Shown here piece after piece: positions 47,207-58,286 of a stretch of DNA of 64,000 nt. A program made the position numbers and the translations under genes. The notes beneath the pieces were generated by a model. It saw only the letters and a list, made by a program, of their open reading frames with translations, was not told the origin of the DNA and did not search any database. Position 1 is the stretch's first letter. Every line of letters begins with the position of its first letter. This stretch comes from Bacteroidota bacterium. GTDB lineage: Bacteria; Bacteroidota; Bacteroidia; JABDFU01. The stretch covers positions 13,547-77,546 of the forward strand of contig JACPDY010000098.1 of NCBI GenBank assembly GCA_016183775.1, read 5' to 3'.

Positions 47207-47485
47207 TTACACTCCAAATCTAATTGCCATTATAATTCCAGATAAGACGATAAGAATCATTATTACTCCGGTTTTAGTTTGATGCACAGACGTCCACTTA
47301 AAAATATTTGCAAAAGGGTTGCCAAATAAACTATATGATAATTGAATTCCTTCACCTTTCAGGATTCGGGTCGTAGTAATGATTTCCCGAACTGATATTA
47401 GTATAACAAGTAATATCACTCCGAAAAAATAGGTTAGCGGACTACTTAAGGTTAGTACATCGCCAAGGTATACATTGCTTGACAT
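47207..47485 (-). CDS. Small membrane protein (92 aa), paralogue of 46292-46669, immediately downstream of narI.
   Basis: Two TM segments. C-terminal GVIMILIVLSGIIMAIRFGV. Confidence 0.4.
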   Translation of the reverse strand: MSSNVYLGDVLTLSSPLTYFFGVILLVILISVREIITTTRILKGEGIQLSYSLFGNPFANIFKWTSVHQTKTGVIMILIVLSGIIMAIRFGV

Positions 47486-47498
47486 GATATTGGTTTTA

Positions 47499-48224
47499 TT
47501 AGTTATTCTTTGATTTATGCCCCTCAGAATGAGCCCTTGATACGCGTATATGTTTCCTTGGCCAGTTCCAGATCACCTGTTGGTAGCTTCTCCATAAATA
47601 ATCCACGGGATAAACCAGGAAGTGAATAAACCTTGTGAAAGGAATCAGGCCAATCAATAAAAATGCAGAGATCACATGGACTTTCAGTGACAATGAATTC
47701 ACACTTGAAACAGCGTCGATCTGCGGATCAAAAACAAATATAGAGCGCAGGTATGGTGAAAGGAATGCTGCAAACCATGATGATCCCCAACGGCTGTGGT
47801 ATGCCACCAATAAACCGGAAATGATCTGGATAAGCAAAACAAGAAATACAACCACATCCATTTTACTGGTTACCATTTGTACTCTTCTTGTAGTGAGCCT
47901 TCTGTATACAAGCATAATCAATCCAAGACAGGCCGATAAGCCAAAGGCAAAGGCTGTGATTTCAAGGATTAGTAATCGCACCGGCTGTCCATTCCATGCA
48001 ATTATAGCACGGGGGAAAAGGAAAGCGACAAGGTGTCCAAAAAACAGGAAGAACAATCCCCAGTGAAACGGCTGGCTTCCAATGAATAACTTTCTTCCTT
48101 CAAGAAATTGCGTTGAAAGTGAAGAAACGGTAAAACCTTTATTTATGTATCGGTAAATTGAACCGATCAGAAAGATAGCCAAACATGCGTAAGGCAAAAC
48201 GACGTACAAGAGAATATTTGTCAT
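47499..48224 (-). CDS. narI: Respiratory nitrate reductase gamma subunit (dihaem cytochrome b).
   Basis: Five TM helices with conserved His (FHWGLFFLF.GHL, HSRWG, HFLVYP). 241 aa. Confidence 0.9.
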   Translation of the reverse strand: MTNILLYVVLPYACLAIFLIGSIYRYINKGFTVSSLSTQFLEGRKLFIGSQPFHWGLFFLFFGHLVAFLFPRAIIAWNGQPVRLLILEITAFAFGLSACLGLIMLVYRRLTTRRVQMVTSKMDVVVFLVLLIQIISGLLVAYHSRWGSSWFAAFLSPYLRSIFVFDPQIDAVSSVNSLSLKVHVISAFLLIGLIPFTRFIHFLVYPVDYLWRSYQQVIWNWPRKHIRVSRAHSEGHKSKNN

Positions 48225-48226
48225 AA

Positions 48227-48931
48227 TTAATCGAGTTTAAGTTCATTAACTAATTTATTTACTTCAATATTTACACTTTGTTTTGCAAAAAATGAGTTGT
48301 GATGCTGTATATCTACTACAGGATCGGGAACTCCGCTAAAACTCACATTTTCAAAATCTTTCTTTAGTACAATCAGCAACGCAGAGAAAACATTCCTGTA
48401 TACATTGCCTTGATTCAACTCCGGCTGAATAATGGCTCTGTGAAGCTTTTTTAAGATTTTCATTTTCAATTCCACTCTCGCTTGCTTAAATTCACCGATC
48501 ATTTTTTCCAAACCAGGAATAAGAATTTTTACTGCGAGTTCATCTAATAACGACTGGTCGCTTGTTTTTGTGTAAAGGGTTAGCATATTGCAAATGTTAT
48601 CTGAAAGATCAGTTCCGCAATCATTTCCGGCCCGCAATTGCTCTTCCTGCATATGCAACAAGAAAGCGCCTCTTTTATAATCTTCCCCGAAGATTACAAA
48701 CCCAAGATCGAGATAGCAGATAGGCTGCACATCAAATGTCCTTGTATACAACTCTTCTCGTTCATCCTGGCTGTGAGCAGACATATAGTCAACAAAAGGC
48801 TTTAATTCGAGCGCTGCATCGGGATAATATTCCTCCAGTATTGCCATGCATTTATTTGCCATTTCAGTGTAGTCCTTGTTTGGATACCTTAGCAGATCAG
48901 CAAAAGCAATATAGTGCTTATAGTTTCTCAT
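48227..48931 (-). CDS. narJ: Nitrate reductase molybdenum cofactor assembly chaperone (NarJ/TorD family).
   Basis: Position between narH and narI. NarJ-like acidic helical protein (LYTRTFDV.P...YLDLGF). Confidence 0.8.
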   Translation of the reverse strand: MRNYKHYIAFADLLRYPNKDYTEMANKCMAILEEYYPDAALELKPFVDYMSAHSQDEREELYTRTFDVQPICYLDLGFVIFGEDYKRGAFLLHMQEEQLRAGNDCGTDLSDNICNMLTLYTKTSDQSLLDELAVKILIPGLEKMIGEFKQARVELKMKILKKLHRAIIQPELNQGNVYRNVFSALLIVLKKDFENVSFSGVPDPVVDIQHHNSFFAKQSVNIEVNKLVNELKLD

Positions 48932-48933
48932 AT

Positions 48934-50424
48934 TTATAGCCCCCTTGCAGGTGTTTCTTTAAATCCAAATCCTGTGTTACCTTTTACGTCAGCTGTATTT
49001 TCAAGCATTTCGATAGATTCCTCGCGGTGTGCAGGAGGAATAACAAAGCGTTCGTCAAAAGTTGCCAGCGCTGTTAGCCTGAAAATCGCGTCAGCAGTTT
49101 CTTTATCCATGTTCACCTCATTCATCGCCATTGAAATTTCCGCGGCATTTAAATCACCTACAGTAACTCCTCTTCTATGTAATCTCACTGCCATCAATCT
49201 CTTCATAACATCTACCACCTGTCCGGTATTTCCTGCAGAGAATAGAGACGCAAGGTATTTCATCGGTAAACGATTACTTTCTACCCCGTTCCAAAGTGAT
49301 TTGGACGTTGTATTATAAACTCCATCTGATACTGTTGCCATTGTTGGCAACAAAGCCGGCACATAGAATAGATTAGGTAATGTTCTGAACTCAGGGTGCA
49401 ATGGCAAAGCGAGTTTCCATACTTTAACAAATTTGTACACGGGAGAGTTTTGCGCCGCGGTAATTGTTGAATCGGCAATCCCATTTAGCTTAGCTTGTTT
49501 GATCACTTCCGGATCAAACGGATCAAGATATATATCCATTTGTGCGTTTACCAATTGGTCTTCCGGAGCTGCTGCCGCTGCTTCAATTTTATCCGCATCA
49601 TATAACATTACTCCTAAGTAACGAATGCGGCCTACACAAGAGTGGAAGCATGCAGGAGCTTGACCTGATTCTAACCTCGGATAGCACAATACACATTTTT
49701 CCGATTTGCCGGTATTCCAGTTGTAATAGCTTTTTTTGTAAGGACAAGCTGTTACACACATTCTCCATGCGCGGCAACGTTCCTGATTAATAAGTACGAT
49801 CCCGTCTTCACCTCTTTTGTAAAGAGCCCCCGATGGACAAGAAGCTACGCAGGCCGGATTTAAACAGTGATTGCATATTCTTGGTAAATAATGGAATGTC
49901 ATTCTTTCCAATTGAAACATTGCTTCTTGTTCAGCAGAACTAAGCTTTTGAAGATTTACATCCTGACGGGCATAGTCAATTGAACCACCCATATCATCAT
50001 CCCAATTCGGACCTGATTGCACATCCATATGCTCACCCGTAACAAGAGAAACAGCTGTTGCAGTAGGTTGATCATCACCCTCCGGAGCTGTGAACAGATC
50101 CTGATACTTGTATGTCCACGGCTCATAATAGTCGTCAAGTACAGGCATATGTGGGTTGTGAAAAATATTTTTCAAACCTTTGAACTTGCCGGCCCCTTTC
50201 AGGGAAACGGTATCTCCGTTTTTTTCCCAACCACCTTTGTATATATCCTGGTTTTCCCACTTGGTAGGATAACCGGTTCCTGGCTTTGTTTCCACATTGT
50301 TCCACCACATGTATTCGGCACCTTTCCTGTCAGTCCAGATATTTTTGCAGGCAATAGAACAAGTATGACACCCGATACATTTATCAAGGTGAAAAACCAT
50401 TGAGACTTGAGATCTTACGTCCAT
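48934..50424 (-). CDS. narH: Respiratory nitrate reductase beta subunit (Fe-S).
   Basis: Four Cys clusters (CIGCHTCSIACKN, CNHCLNPACVASCP, CRAWRMCVTACPY, CVLCYPR...C) and the canonical NarH N-terminus. Confidence 0.95.
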   Translation of the reverse strand: MDVRSQVSMVFHLDKCIGCHTCSIACKNIWTDRKGAEYMWWNNVETKPGTGYPTKWENQDIYKGGWEKNGDTVSLKGAGKFKGLKNIFHNPHMPVLDDYYEPWTYKYQDLFTAPEGDDQPTATAVSLVTGEHMDVQSGPNWDDDMGGSIDYARQDVNLQKLSSAEQEAMFQLERMTFHYLPRICNHCLNPACVASCPSGALYKRGEDGIVLINQERCRAWRMCVTACPYKKSYYNWNTGKSEKCVLCYPRLESGQAPACFHSCVGRIRYLGVMLYDADKIEAAAAAPEDQLVNAQMDIYLDPFDPEVIKQAKLNGIADSTITAAQNSPVYKFVKVWKLALPLHPEFRTLPNLFYVPALLPTMATVSDGVYNTTSKSLWNGVESNRLPMKYLASLFSAGNTGQVVDVMKRLMAVRLHRRGVTVGDLNAAEISMAMNEVNMDKETADAIFRLTALATFDERFVIPPAHREESIEMLENTADVKGNTGFGFKETPARGL

Positions 50425-50489
50425 AATTTTAAAATTTAGATTTTAGATTTGAGCGGGAGGTTTTGTCTCACATCTCACATCTATTTATA

Positions 50490-53400
50490 TTAAAATTCTA
50501 CTTTCTCCATTCTTCTTACTAAAACATGTGTGTCACGGTTTACTCCTACCGGTCCCCAGTAATTGAAGTGGTAAGAAAACTGTCCATAACCACCAGCCAT
50601 TAAACTTGGTTTTAAGTGAATGCGGGTAAAGCTATTGTGCCCTCCGGCTCTTCTCCCGCCACGTTCTTGCGATTTTGGAACAGTATATGTCCTTTCGGGT
50701 GAGTGATAAACAATACAAACACCGTTCGGAATACGAGCACTTACACAAGCCCGGGTACAATAAACACCATGGTCGTTATAAACTTCAACCCAATCGTTAT
50801 CTTTTACTCCAATTGATGCTGCATCTTCTTCACTCATCCAACAAGGTTCCATACCACGGGATAGAGTTAACATACGCAATGTATCCCCGTAAGTTGAGTG
50901 AATGTGCCATTTACCGTGAGGTGTTAACACATTAAACATTTTTGCTTTCCCATCATTAATTGTCTTTCTTAAATCACCATACGCTTTTGGTGTTGGGGAT
51001 GGTTTATAAGTTGGAAGGTGTTCTCCAAACGCAATATACATATCGTGATCAAGATAAAATGCCTGACGTCCGGTTAGTGTTCTCCATGGAACCCAGCAAT
51101 CCACATTATAAGTGTATGCACAATATGCTCTTCCATTGTCCATTAACCCTGACCAAAGCGGTGAGTTATTGTAACGTCTTGGCTGCGATTGTAAATCCTT
51201 ATAATCGATACGAACATCTTTGCTTCCGATACCATGTTGAACGATTGGCATGCCTATTTTTTTCTCCATGTTCTCATAAGCACGAACCGTCAACTTTCCA
51301 TTTGTTAAAGAAGAAAGCCTCAATACTGCATTCACTGCTTCAACATCTTCCTTCAAAGAAGGATATTCAACACCATTAACTTTTTGCACATGACGCTTGT
51401 CCTCTCCCATTTCCTTGTATACATCATCCGCCATAAAGTTTACACCATGAGCTCCCAATGTATTGGTATTCAGATTCGGACCTAAAGCAATATATTTGTT
51501 ATAAATCTGAGTATAATCTCTTTCAACAATTGCAATTTTGTGCATTGTTTTTCCAGGAATAGGCTCACACTCCCCTTTATACCAATCCAGTAATTTTGGT
51601 TGTGAAATCTCATCCACACTATCATGTGACAACGGTATGTTCACAACATCTTTTACAGGAGTTGGCATATAACCTTTTGCCATTTCACTTACTGTTTTTG
51701 CAAGCAATTGAAATATCTGCCAGTCGCTTTTCGACTCCCACACCGGTGCAACTGCGGCTGATAACGGGTGAATGAAGGAATGCATATCAGTAGAATTGAT
51801 ATCTGCCTTCTCGTACCACGATGCTGTTGGAAGAACTATGTCAGAATATAGTGCAGAAGTATCCATTCGGAAATTGATATCCACAATCAGATCCATTTTT
51901 CCCTTTGGTGCTTCCCTCCATAATATTTCTGTTACTTTATCCTGAGCAACTTCATCCGCAATTTTATTTGTGTGCGTACCTAAATAGTGGTCCAGCATAT
52001 ACTCATGTCCTTTTGCGCTGGCCATTAACGCATTTCCTCTCCAGATAAACCAGTTACGAGGAAAATTCACTTCGTTGTCCGGGTCAGCACAGGAATACTT
52101 TATTTCCCTTGATTTCAGTTTTTCAACTACATAATTTTTAATCTCATCATCCGTCTTGGCTCCAACTGCTGCTGCATCCGTAGCTATTGTTAAATTATTT
52201 TTATCATACTGTGGATAAAAAGGCATCCAACCATTGCGAACCGCCATTGCAACCATATCTGCTGTGTGCAAATTTCCCAATTTACTTCCCGCAGGAATGC
52301 TGTTGTATTCAGCCTGGTTACCATCATACCTCCATTGGTCGGAATTCATGTAGTGCCATATAGGAGCCTGCTGCAAACGATTGGCGCCTTGCCAGTCTTT
52401 AGCTGCCATAATTGTTCCCCATGAATCAACCGGTGCAAGTTTTTCCTGGCCTACATAGTGATTCATCCCGCCCCCATTTACACCATTGCAGCCGGTAAGC
52501 ATTTGGGTCATAATTGCAGAACGATACATCAGGTTATTATGGAACCAGTGGCAAATTGCAGCACCAACAATCACCATACATTTTCCTTTTGTAATTTCTG
52601 CGGTGCTACCCCACTCGCGTGCAAGTTGAAGAACTGTTTCCTGGCCAATTCCGGTAAATATTTCCTGCCATGCCGGAGTGTATGCCTGATTTTTGTCGTT
52701 ATAATCTTTAGGGTATTCTCCAGGCAATCCACGACCTACGCCATATTGGCCAAAAGTCAAGTCGTAAACGGTAACAGTCGGAATTCTTTTGCCATCAGCA
52801 GTTTCCACATACTTAACAGGAACTCCGCGTACTGATTTTTTATTTAAACCGAATTCAGTAAACTCAACTTGTAACACATCATCACTTTTTCCAAGGAAAG
52901 TTAATGTTGGGTCAAATTCTTCATTTGTTTCCCCATCTTCGAATTTAAGGTTCCAGTTACCTATTTTACCTTTATCCCAGCGTTGACCCATTGAACCTTT
53001 TGGCATGACCGGCTTTCCGGTTTTACTATCAACATTCAGAAATTTCCAATCACCATTCTCTGTATTTTTATATTTTGCAAGTCGGTTAGCTCTTACCAGT
53101 TTCATTGGAAGATAATGATCGCCCTGCTTTTCCAATTCAACAAGGAACGGACAATCTGTGTAACGCTTTACATAATCAATAAAGTAAGGCACCTGCCTGT
53201 CGGCATGGAATTCTTTAAGAATTACATGAGTAACTGCCATCCAGAATGCGCCATCGCTGCCGGCATGTACCGGAATCCACTGGTCAGCATGCTTAGCCAC
53301 CATACTAAAGTCCGGCGACATAACCACTGTTTTAGTTCCATTGTGTTTTGATTCAGAGAAAAAGTGAATATCTGGTGTACGTGTCATACCAAGGTTAGCA

Positions 53401-54113
53401 CCCATAGACACACAGAATTTAGAGTTGTACCAATCCGCACTTTCGCAAACATCTGTTTGCTCTCCCCAGATTTCAGGATAAGCAGTTGGCAAGTCGCAGT
53501 ACCAATCATAAAAACTAAGGTTAACTCCGCCTAACAATTGCAGGTATCGTGCTCCTGAAGCATAGCTCAACATTGACATTGCTGGAATCGGCGAAAATCC
53601 GATCACTCGGTCAGGTCCATATTTTTTAATTGTATATAAATTAGCAGCAGCGATAAGTTCAACGGCTTCTTCCCATCTTACCCGTCTGAATCCGCCTTTG
53701 CCTCTTGCGCGTTGGTATCTTTTTCTTTTTTCGGGATTGCTTTGTAAACTTTCCCAGGCCTTTATAGGGTCGCCCCCTACAGCTCTTTTTTCATTTTGAA
53801 AAAGGTCAAGCAAAGCGCCACGCATCAGCGGGTACTTAACACGGATAGGGCTGTATAGGTACCAGGAATAGGATATACCTCTTTGACACCCCCTCGGCTC
53901 ATAGGGTGGGAGAGAAGCTTCAAGCAAAGGGTAATCCAGTGCCTGCGTTTCCCATACTACTATGCCATCTTTTACGTGGATATTCCAGGAACATCCACCT
54001 GTACAATTTACACCGTGTGTACTGCGTACAACTTTATCATATTGCCAGCGATTACGGTAAAACTCTTCCCATTTACGGGTTTGCGGTGATATTATATCTT
54101 CGATCCAGCTCAT
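50490..54113 (-). CDS. narG: Respiratory nitrate reductase alpha subunit (Mo-bisMGD). No Tat signal, so cytoplasm-facing nNar type.
   Basis: 1207 aa. N-terminal [13 protein letters not shown]0-cluster motif is typical of NarG. Confidence 0.95.
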   Translation of the reverse strand: MSWIEDIISPQTRKWEEFYRNRWQYDKVVRSTHGVNCTGGCSWNIHVKDGIVVWETQALDYPLLEASLPPYEPRGCQRGISYSWYLYSPIRVKYPLMRGALLDLFQNEKRAVGGDPIKAWESLQSNPEKRKRYQRARGKGGFRRVRWEEAVELIAAANLYTIKKYGPDRVIGFSPIPAMSMLSYASGARYLQLLGGVNLSFYDWYCDLPTAYPEIWGEQTDVCESADWYNSKFCVSMGANLGMTRTPDIHFFSESKHNGTKTVVMSPDFSMVAKHADQWIPVHAGSDGAFWMAVTHVILKEFHADRQVPYFIDYVKRYTDCPFLVELEKQGDHYLPMKLVRANRLAKYKNTENGDWKFLNVDSKTGKPVMPKGSMGQRWDKGKIGNWNLKFEDGETNEEFDPTLTFLGKSDDVLQVEFTEFGLNKKSVRGVPVKYVETADGKRIPTVTVYDLTFGQYGVGRGLPGEYPKDYNDKNQAYTPAWQEIFTGIGQETVLQLAREWGSTAEITKGKCMVIVGAAICHWFHNNLMYRSAIMTQMLTGCNGVNGGGMNHYVGQEKLAPVDSWGTIMAAKDWQGANRLQQAPIWHYMNSDQWRYDGNQAEYNSIPAGSKLGNLHTADMVAMAVRNGWMPFYPQYDKNNLTIATDAAAVGAKTDDEIKNYVVEKLKSREIKYSCADPDNEVNFPRNWFIWRGNALMASAKGHEYMLDHYLGTHTNKIADEVAQDKVTEILWREAPKGKMDLIVDINFRMDTSALYSDIVLPTASWYEKADINSTDMHSFIHPLSAAVAPVWESKSDWQIFQLLAKTVSEMAKGYMPTPVKDVVNIPLSHDSVDEISQPKLLDWYKGECEPIPGKTMHKIAIVERDYTQIYNKYIALGPNLNTNTLGAHGVNFMADDVYKEMGEDKRHVQKVNGVEYPSLKEDVEAVNAVLRLSSLTNGKLTVRAYENMEKKIGMPIVQHGIGSKDVRIDYKDLQSQPRRYNNSPLWSGLMDNGRAYCAYTYNVDCWVPWRTLTGRQAFYLDHDMYIAFGEHLPTYKPSPTPKAYGDLRKTINDGKAKMFNVLTPHGKWHIHSTYGDTLRMLTLSRGMEPCWMSEEDAASIGVKDNDWVEVYNDHGVYCTRACVSARIPNGVCIVYHSPERTYTVPKSQERGGRRAGGHNSFTRIHLKPSLMAGGYGQFSYHFNYWGPVGVNRDTHVLVRRMEKVEF

Positions 54114-54141
54114 AGTTATTTGATTTTAATATTCGTTACGA

Positions 54142-55008
54142 TTAGATTGATTTGATCTGCCTGTTATAAATGTCTTTTTTTACAGTGAATCTTTTTCTGC
54201 TATACCATAGAATGAAAATCATAATGAGGATTCCCCCTAACCCCAAAACACCTCCGTACAATAATGGATTTGTGGTGCTTACCAGCTGATTCGGTTTATC
54301 TTTATCAATTTTATTAAGGAATGCTATAAGAGCCGCAATTTCCGTTTCCGTCAACGGCTTTTCTTTATAGGATTGCGTCATTGCCGGAAAAGGGGGTGCT
54401 CCTAAAATTCCTTGCAATCCGGCATCTCCGCCTAAGCGGCTATACGAAGCAGTTAAATCCTTTGCAAGCAAGCCGCCAGGCATAACACCGTTGTAATTAA
54501 CATTGTGACAGGAGATACAAGCAGGACCGCCATTTGCGAGCGCATAACTTCCAATGAAAATATTCTTACCTGTTTCAATTTGTTCCGGGGTGGCATTAGC
54601 TGATGCATCAGGGAGTGCTTCCTTTTTAGTGGTGTCGGCGGATGCACTTGCCGGTTCCGGAGTGCTCCTGCCAGCGATAAACGCATAAATTGACTTGATA
54701 TCAGCATCAGGAAGATGAGCCTGATCGGGCATCACAATCCCGCCAAACTCATCAAAAATTGCCTTTGCATCGGCATCTCCGCTCTTGATAAATTCTTGTG
54801 AGGATTTTGTCCATTTCAATAGCCACTCCTCAGAGCGTTTGGTCGTCACACCCATAAGATCAGGCCCTACCATTCGTCCCCCTCCCACTTTGTGACAAAC
54901 TCCGCAGTTTTGTTTGAATATCGCTTCTCCGTTTTGAGCACTCACCCCGTCGGTAAAAAGCATGAAGCACAGAGATATTGAAGCTAAATATTTTTTTATT
55001 TTTTCCAT
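54142..55008 (-). CDS. Membrane-anchored dihaem cytochrome c immediately upstream of narG (NarC-like).
   Basis: Signal peptide MEKIKKYLASISLCFMLFTDGVSAQ. Two CxxCH motifs (CGVCH, CISCH) and a C-terminal TM helix. Start taken at internal Met 55008; the ORF opens at 55125. Confidence 0.75.
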   Translation of the reverse strand: MEKIKKYLASISLCFMLFTDGVSAQNGEAIFKQNCGVCHKVGGGRMVGPDLMGVTTKRSEEWLLKWTKSSQEFIKSGDADAKAIFDEFGGIVMPDQAHLPDADIKSIYAFIAGRSTPEPASASADTTKKEALPDASANATPEQIETGKNIFIGSYALANGGPACISCHNVNYNGVMPGGLLAKDLTASYSRLGGDAGLQGILGAPPFPAMTQSYKEKPLTETEIAALIAFLNKIDKDKPNQLVSTTNPLLYGGVLGLGGILIMIFILWYSRKRFTVKKDIYNRQIKSI

Positions 55009-55134
55009 GTTATACATGTTTGAAAGTTTCATATTTCTTTTATCTGTCTTCATAGTAATTGAGATATTATCTTTTAAAGAACCTGTGAATAACATTACCT
55101 GCAACAAATGTATTTGCGATAACAATATTCAACT

Positions 55135-55148
55135 ATGATTAATATCAT
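55135..55148. promoter_or_regulatory. Candidate Crp/Fnr-family site ATGATTAATATCAT, ~127 bp upstream of the narC-like/narGHJI operon (divergent from the crp/fnr gene at 55644).
   Basis: Perfect TGAT-N4-ATCA palindrome, an FNR-box-like position for an anaerobically induced nar promoter. Confidence 0.5.
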
Positions 55149-55643
55149 ATTTTTAAAAGACATTGATCACGTGCACAAAATAGCTTCTGGAATTCAGTGT
55201 GGACCAGCATTTGGCAGGTTTCATCAAAAAGAATTAAAATCGTTCAATTCTATACATTTATTGATCCCTGAATGCAGTATTATTCTCAACAGAAAAGGTA
55301 AAATGGAGAAGTGTGCTAATCGCATGGAATTATTACAATACACGAAGGCACAAAATTGTTAGAACTGACAAGTGTTCTCAATGATAAACTCATCTATACC
55401 TGGCGGGTTTTTATAATACGATACGGACAGCTATATTATGATTGCGGTCATTGTACTGCTTTTTACACTCATTTACTTTTGAGCAAAAGATAACAAACAT
55501 GTATCGGAACGGCTTAAAAAAATAATGAATAAAGGGGCTGTGCATTCCCGATACCTGATCTCTGAGGCATAGCTTATACGTACCAGCGCTTGGTTAAATA
55601 TTGAGATAATTACAAATCCTGAGAAGTGAACTGACCAAAAAAG

Positions 55644-56387
55644 ATGAAACTCGATTGCACGAATTGTTCCCCTGAAGAATGCTATATTAATAAATACTGT
55701 AACAGTCAGTCGATCGGAATAATGGCGCAAGCAAAAAGTGTTATTCGGTATAAAAAGAATCAATATATCTTTCGTGAAGGGAATCCGGTGCAAGGCATGT
55801 ACATCATATATTCCGGGAAAGTAAAAGTGCTCAGTACCGGCTTTAATGATAAGGCTCAGATAATACGTATCGCAAGACCGGGATACCTGTTAGGGCATAG
55901 GGGATTTGGCGATAAGTTTTATCAGATATCGGCCGTGGCGATTGAGGATTCTACTATTTGTTTTATTGAAGCAGGCATTTTCACTAAGCTTCTTAAAAGC
56001 GACCCGGAGTTAACCTATCAGCTGATGCTCTTCTACGCCAACGAACTGCGGTTGGCTGAGTCAAGAATGAAAAACCTTGCTCAAATGACAGTGATGGAAA
56101 AATCAGCGGAATCTCTTTTGCTTTTGATCCAGATCTTTGGGGTAAGAAAGGGAAACGATGTTGTTCTGAATACTGTTTTAACCCGAAAAGACATGGCCGA
56201 GTTGGCCGGGTTGAGTCCCGAACAATTAACAAGATGCTTCTCGGAGCTCAGGGAGGAAAAGATAATTCGCATAGACGGGAAAACAATAACGATTCTGCAA
56301 CCGCAAATTTTGTTCAAACTTATTTCACCATATTATACAGTACAAAATTTAAAAGAAGGTCAGTCTTCCGATGTCTTTTCTCTTTAG
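55644..56387 (+). CDS. Crp/Fnr-family transcriptional regulator with an N-terminal Cys cluster (FNR-like oxygen/redox sensor candidate).
   Basis: N-terminal CTNCSPEECYINKYC, a cNMP-binding-like domain, and HTH (TRKDMAELAGLSPEQLTRCFSELR). Confidence 0.8.
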   Translation: MKLDCTNCSPEECYINKYCNSQSIGIMAQAKSVIRYKKNQYIFREGNPVQGMYIIYSGKVKVLSTGFNDKAQIIRIARPGYLLGHRGFGDKFYQISAVAIEDSTICFIEAGIFTKLLKSDPELTYQLMLFYANELRLAESRMKNLAQMTVMEKSAESLLLLIQIFGVRKGNDVVLNTVLTRKDMAELAGLSPEQLTRCFSELREEKIIRIDGKTITILQPQILFKLISPYYTVQNLKEGQSSDVFSL

Positions 56388-56404
56388 TAATTCTGAAGTT
56401 ATTT

Positions 56405-56418
56405 ATGATTTAGATCAT
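56405..56418. promoter_or_regulatory. Candidate Crp/Fnr-family site ATGATTTAGATCAT upstream of narK.
   Basis: Perfect palindrome ~100 bp upstream of the narK-usp ATG. Confidence 0.45.
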
Positions 56419-56448
56419 AAATAATACTTACAAAATTCAAATTTAGTG

Positions 56449-56462
56449 TGATTAATATCATT
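56449..56462. promoter_or_regulatory. Second candidate site GTGATTAATATCAT upstream of narK.
   Basis: TGAT-N4-ATCA core ~60 bp upstream of the ATG. Tandem sites spaced ~44 bp centre to centre. Confidence 0.4.
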
Positions 56463-56520
56463 CTTTCCCTCGCAAATCTGAACGTCCTTTGACGTGAAAT
56501 AGTAGTGTAGCTGTTAATTC

Positions 56521-58260
56521 TTGGAACTTATGGCAAACTTTAAAACATTTCTAAAAGCAGGTCACCCTCCCACTTTGTTTTCTGCCTTCATTTATTTTGA
56601 TTTTTGTTTTGCAATATGGGTGCTTAACGGAGCGATGGCTCCATTTATCAGCGAGGAGTTCCATTTAACTCCGGCTCAAAAAGGATTTATGATCTCTGTT
56701 CCCATACTTGCAGGAGCGATCATGAGATTTCCTTTAGGTGTGTTGTCGCAATATATAGGAAGAAAATGGGCGGCTATGGTTGAGATGTCTTTAATATTCA
56801 TGGCGCTCGTTTATGGCTATTTTATGGTTGATACCTATTCCGAGGTCATTAATATGGGAATTCTGTTAGGTATCGCCGGGGCAAGTTTTGGTGTTGCGCT
56901 TTCGTTAGGGTCCGGATGGTTTCCCCCCAAATATAAGGGATTAGCAATGGGGATAGCCGGAGCCGGAAATAGCGGTACCGTATTGGCAATGCTTTTTGCT
57001 CCGCCATTAGCCGTTAAATATGGATGGCAGGCTGTGTATGGTTTTGGCGCCGCATTTATGCTGCTTCCAATGGTAGTGATGTTAATTTTTGCAAAAGAAC
57101 CTCCGGATAGAGAAAAGCAATCATTGAAAGAACATTTAGCTTGCCTGTTTGAACGCGATGGATGGACATTTAATTTGATATACATCATCACATTCGGTGG
57201 TTTTATTGGGTTGTCAAATTTTTTACCAACATATTACTACGATCAGTTTCATGTATCAAAAGTAGAAGCGGGCCAACTAACCATGCTGGCCGCTTTAATG
57301 GGAAGCGCAATAAGAGTTGTGGGAGGGTGGGCGTCTGACAGATGGGGAGGCATTAATACACTTACCGCAATATTTGGGTTTGTTATTTTAACAATGGTGT
57401 TGGCAAGTTTCCAGCCTTCTATCGGAATATCAACCGCTTTATTCATGTTTTGTTTTGCCGCGTTGGGCGCCGGTAATGGCGCCTTGTTCCAATTAGTTCC
57501 GTTACGCTGGCCATTAACCACGGCTGTTGCGGGAAGTATGATCGGGGAGATCGGCGCGTTAGGAGGCAGCTTCATTCCCAACGCCATGGGGATATCAAAA
57601 CAAAGCACCGGTACTTTTGCCTGGGGTTTCATCGCCTTCGCTGTTTTAGGTGTAGTTGCGTTCGTCATACTGAGGATTGCGCAAAAAAAATGGACAAAAA
57701 CCTGGGTTGACAAAGGCGGCAAAGCCCGTATACGAAAAGAAGAAATTGAGTTTGAAATTCACACTCACATAGCGGAAGAAGGCGTTGAAATAATAAAACC
57801 AACTTATGCTAAAGGGGAATTTGCATACAGAACAATTATATACCCGGTAGGCAATTCGGAGCTGGCTGATAAGGCACGGGAACAAGCGGCATACTTAGCT
57901 AAATCGACCGGTTCTAAATTGCTACTATTATATGTAAATGAAAAATTTCACAGTACAGGATTGCTTGCATCGGACTCGCCGGAATGGTCGAAGATCAGGG
58001 AAGCATGGATCGATGAAGGGAAGGAATTACTTATTAACGAAGCAAAAAAATTAAAAAAATTGAATGTAAGCAATATTGAAGCCGTATTTGGCCAGGGAGA
58101 TGTGGCATCCGAAATAATTACCATAGCGAAAGAAAGAAGTGCGGAACTTATTATTCTTGCCAGTCATATTGCATCTCCTTTAGGAAAACTATTGATGGGA
58201 AGCCGAACATATAGCGTATTTAAAGAAGCGCCTTGTCCTGTATTAAGAATTGTACGATAA
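56521..58260 (+). CDS. narK: Nitrate/nitrite porter (MFS, NNP family) fused to a C-terminal universal stress protein (UspA) domain.
   Basis: 12-TM MFS with NNP signature-like GIAGAGNSGT. C-terminal ~150 aa (TIIYPVGNSELADKA...LLLLYVN...ILASH...GSRTYSV) is UspA-like. Confidence 0.8.
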   Translation: MELMANFKTFLKAGHPPTLFSAFIYFDFCFAIWVLNGAMAPFISEEFHLTPAQKGFMISVPILAGAIMRFPLGVLSQYIGRKWAAMVEMSLIFMALVYGYFMVDTYSEVINMGILLGIAGASFGVALSLGSGWFPPKYKGLAMGIAGAGNSGTVLAMLFAPPLAVKYGWQAVYGFGAAFMLLPMVVMLIFAKEPPDREKQSLKEHLACLFERDGWTFNLIYIITFGGFIGLSNFLPTYYYDQFHVSKVEAGQLTMLAALMGSAIRVVGGWASDRWGGINTLTAIFGFVILTMVLASFQPSIGISTALFMFCFAALGAGNGALFQLVPLRWPLTTAVAGSMIGEIGALGGSFIPNAMGISKQSTGTFAWGFIAFAVLGVVAFVILRIAQKKWTKTWVDKGGKARIRKEEIEFEIHTHIAEEGVEIIKPTYAKGEFAYRTIIYPVGNSELADKAREQAAYLAKSTGSKLLLLYVNEKFHSTGLLASDSPEWSKIREAWIDEGKELLINEAKKLKKLNVSNIEAVFGQGDVASEIITIAKERSAELIILASHIASPLGKLLMGSRTYSVFKEAPCPVLRIVR

Positions 58261-58286
58261 TAATTAATTAACTAAATAATAAAATT

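Noticed and set aside
50675-54115. Plus-strand ORFs within narG (50675-50935, 50960-51379, 52458-52835, 52789-52986, 53115-53351, 53883-54115).
   Set aside because: They are antisense to narG. High-GC-third-position shadow frames.
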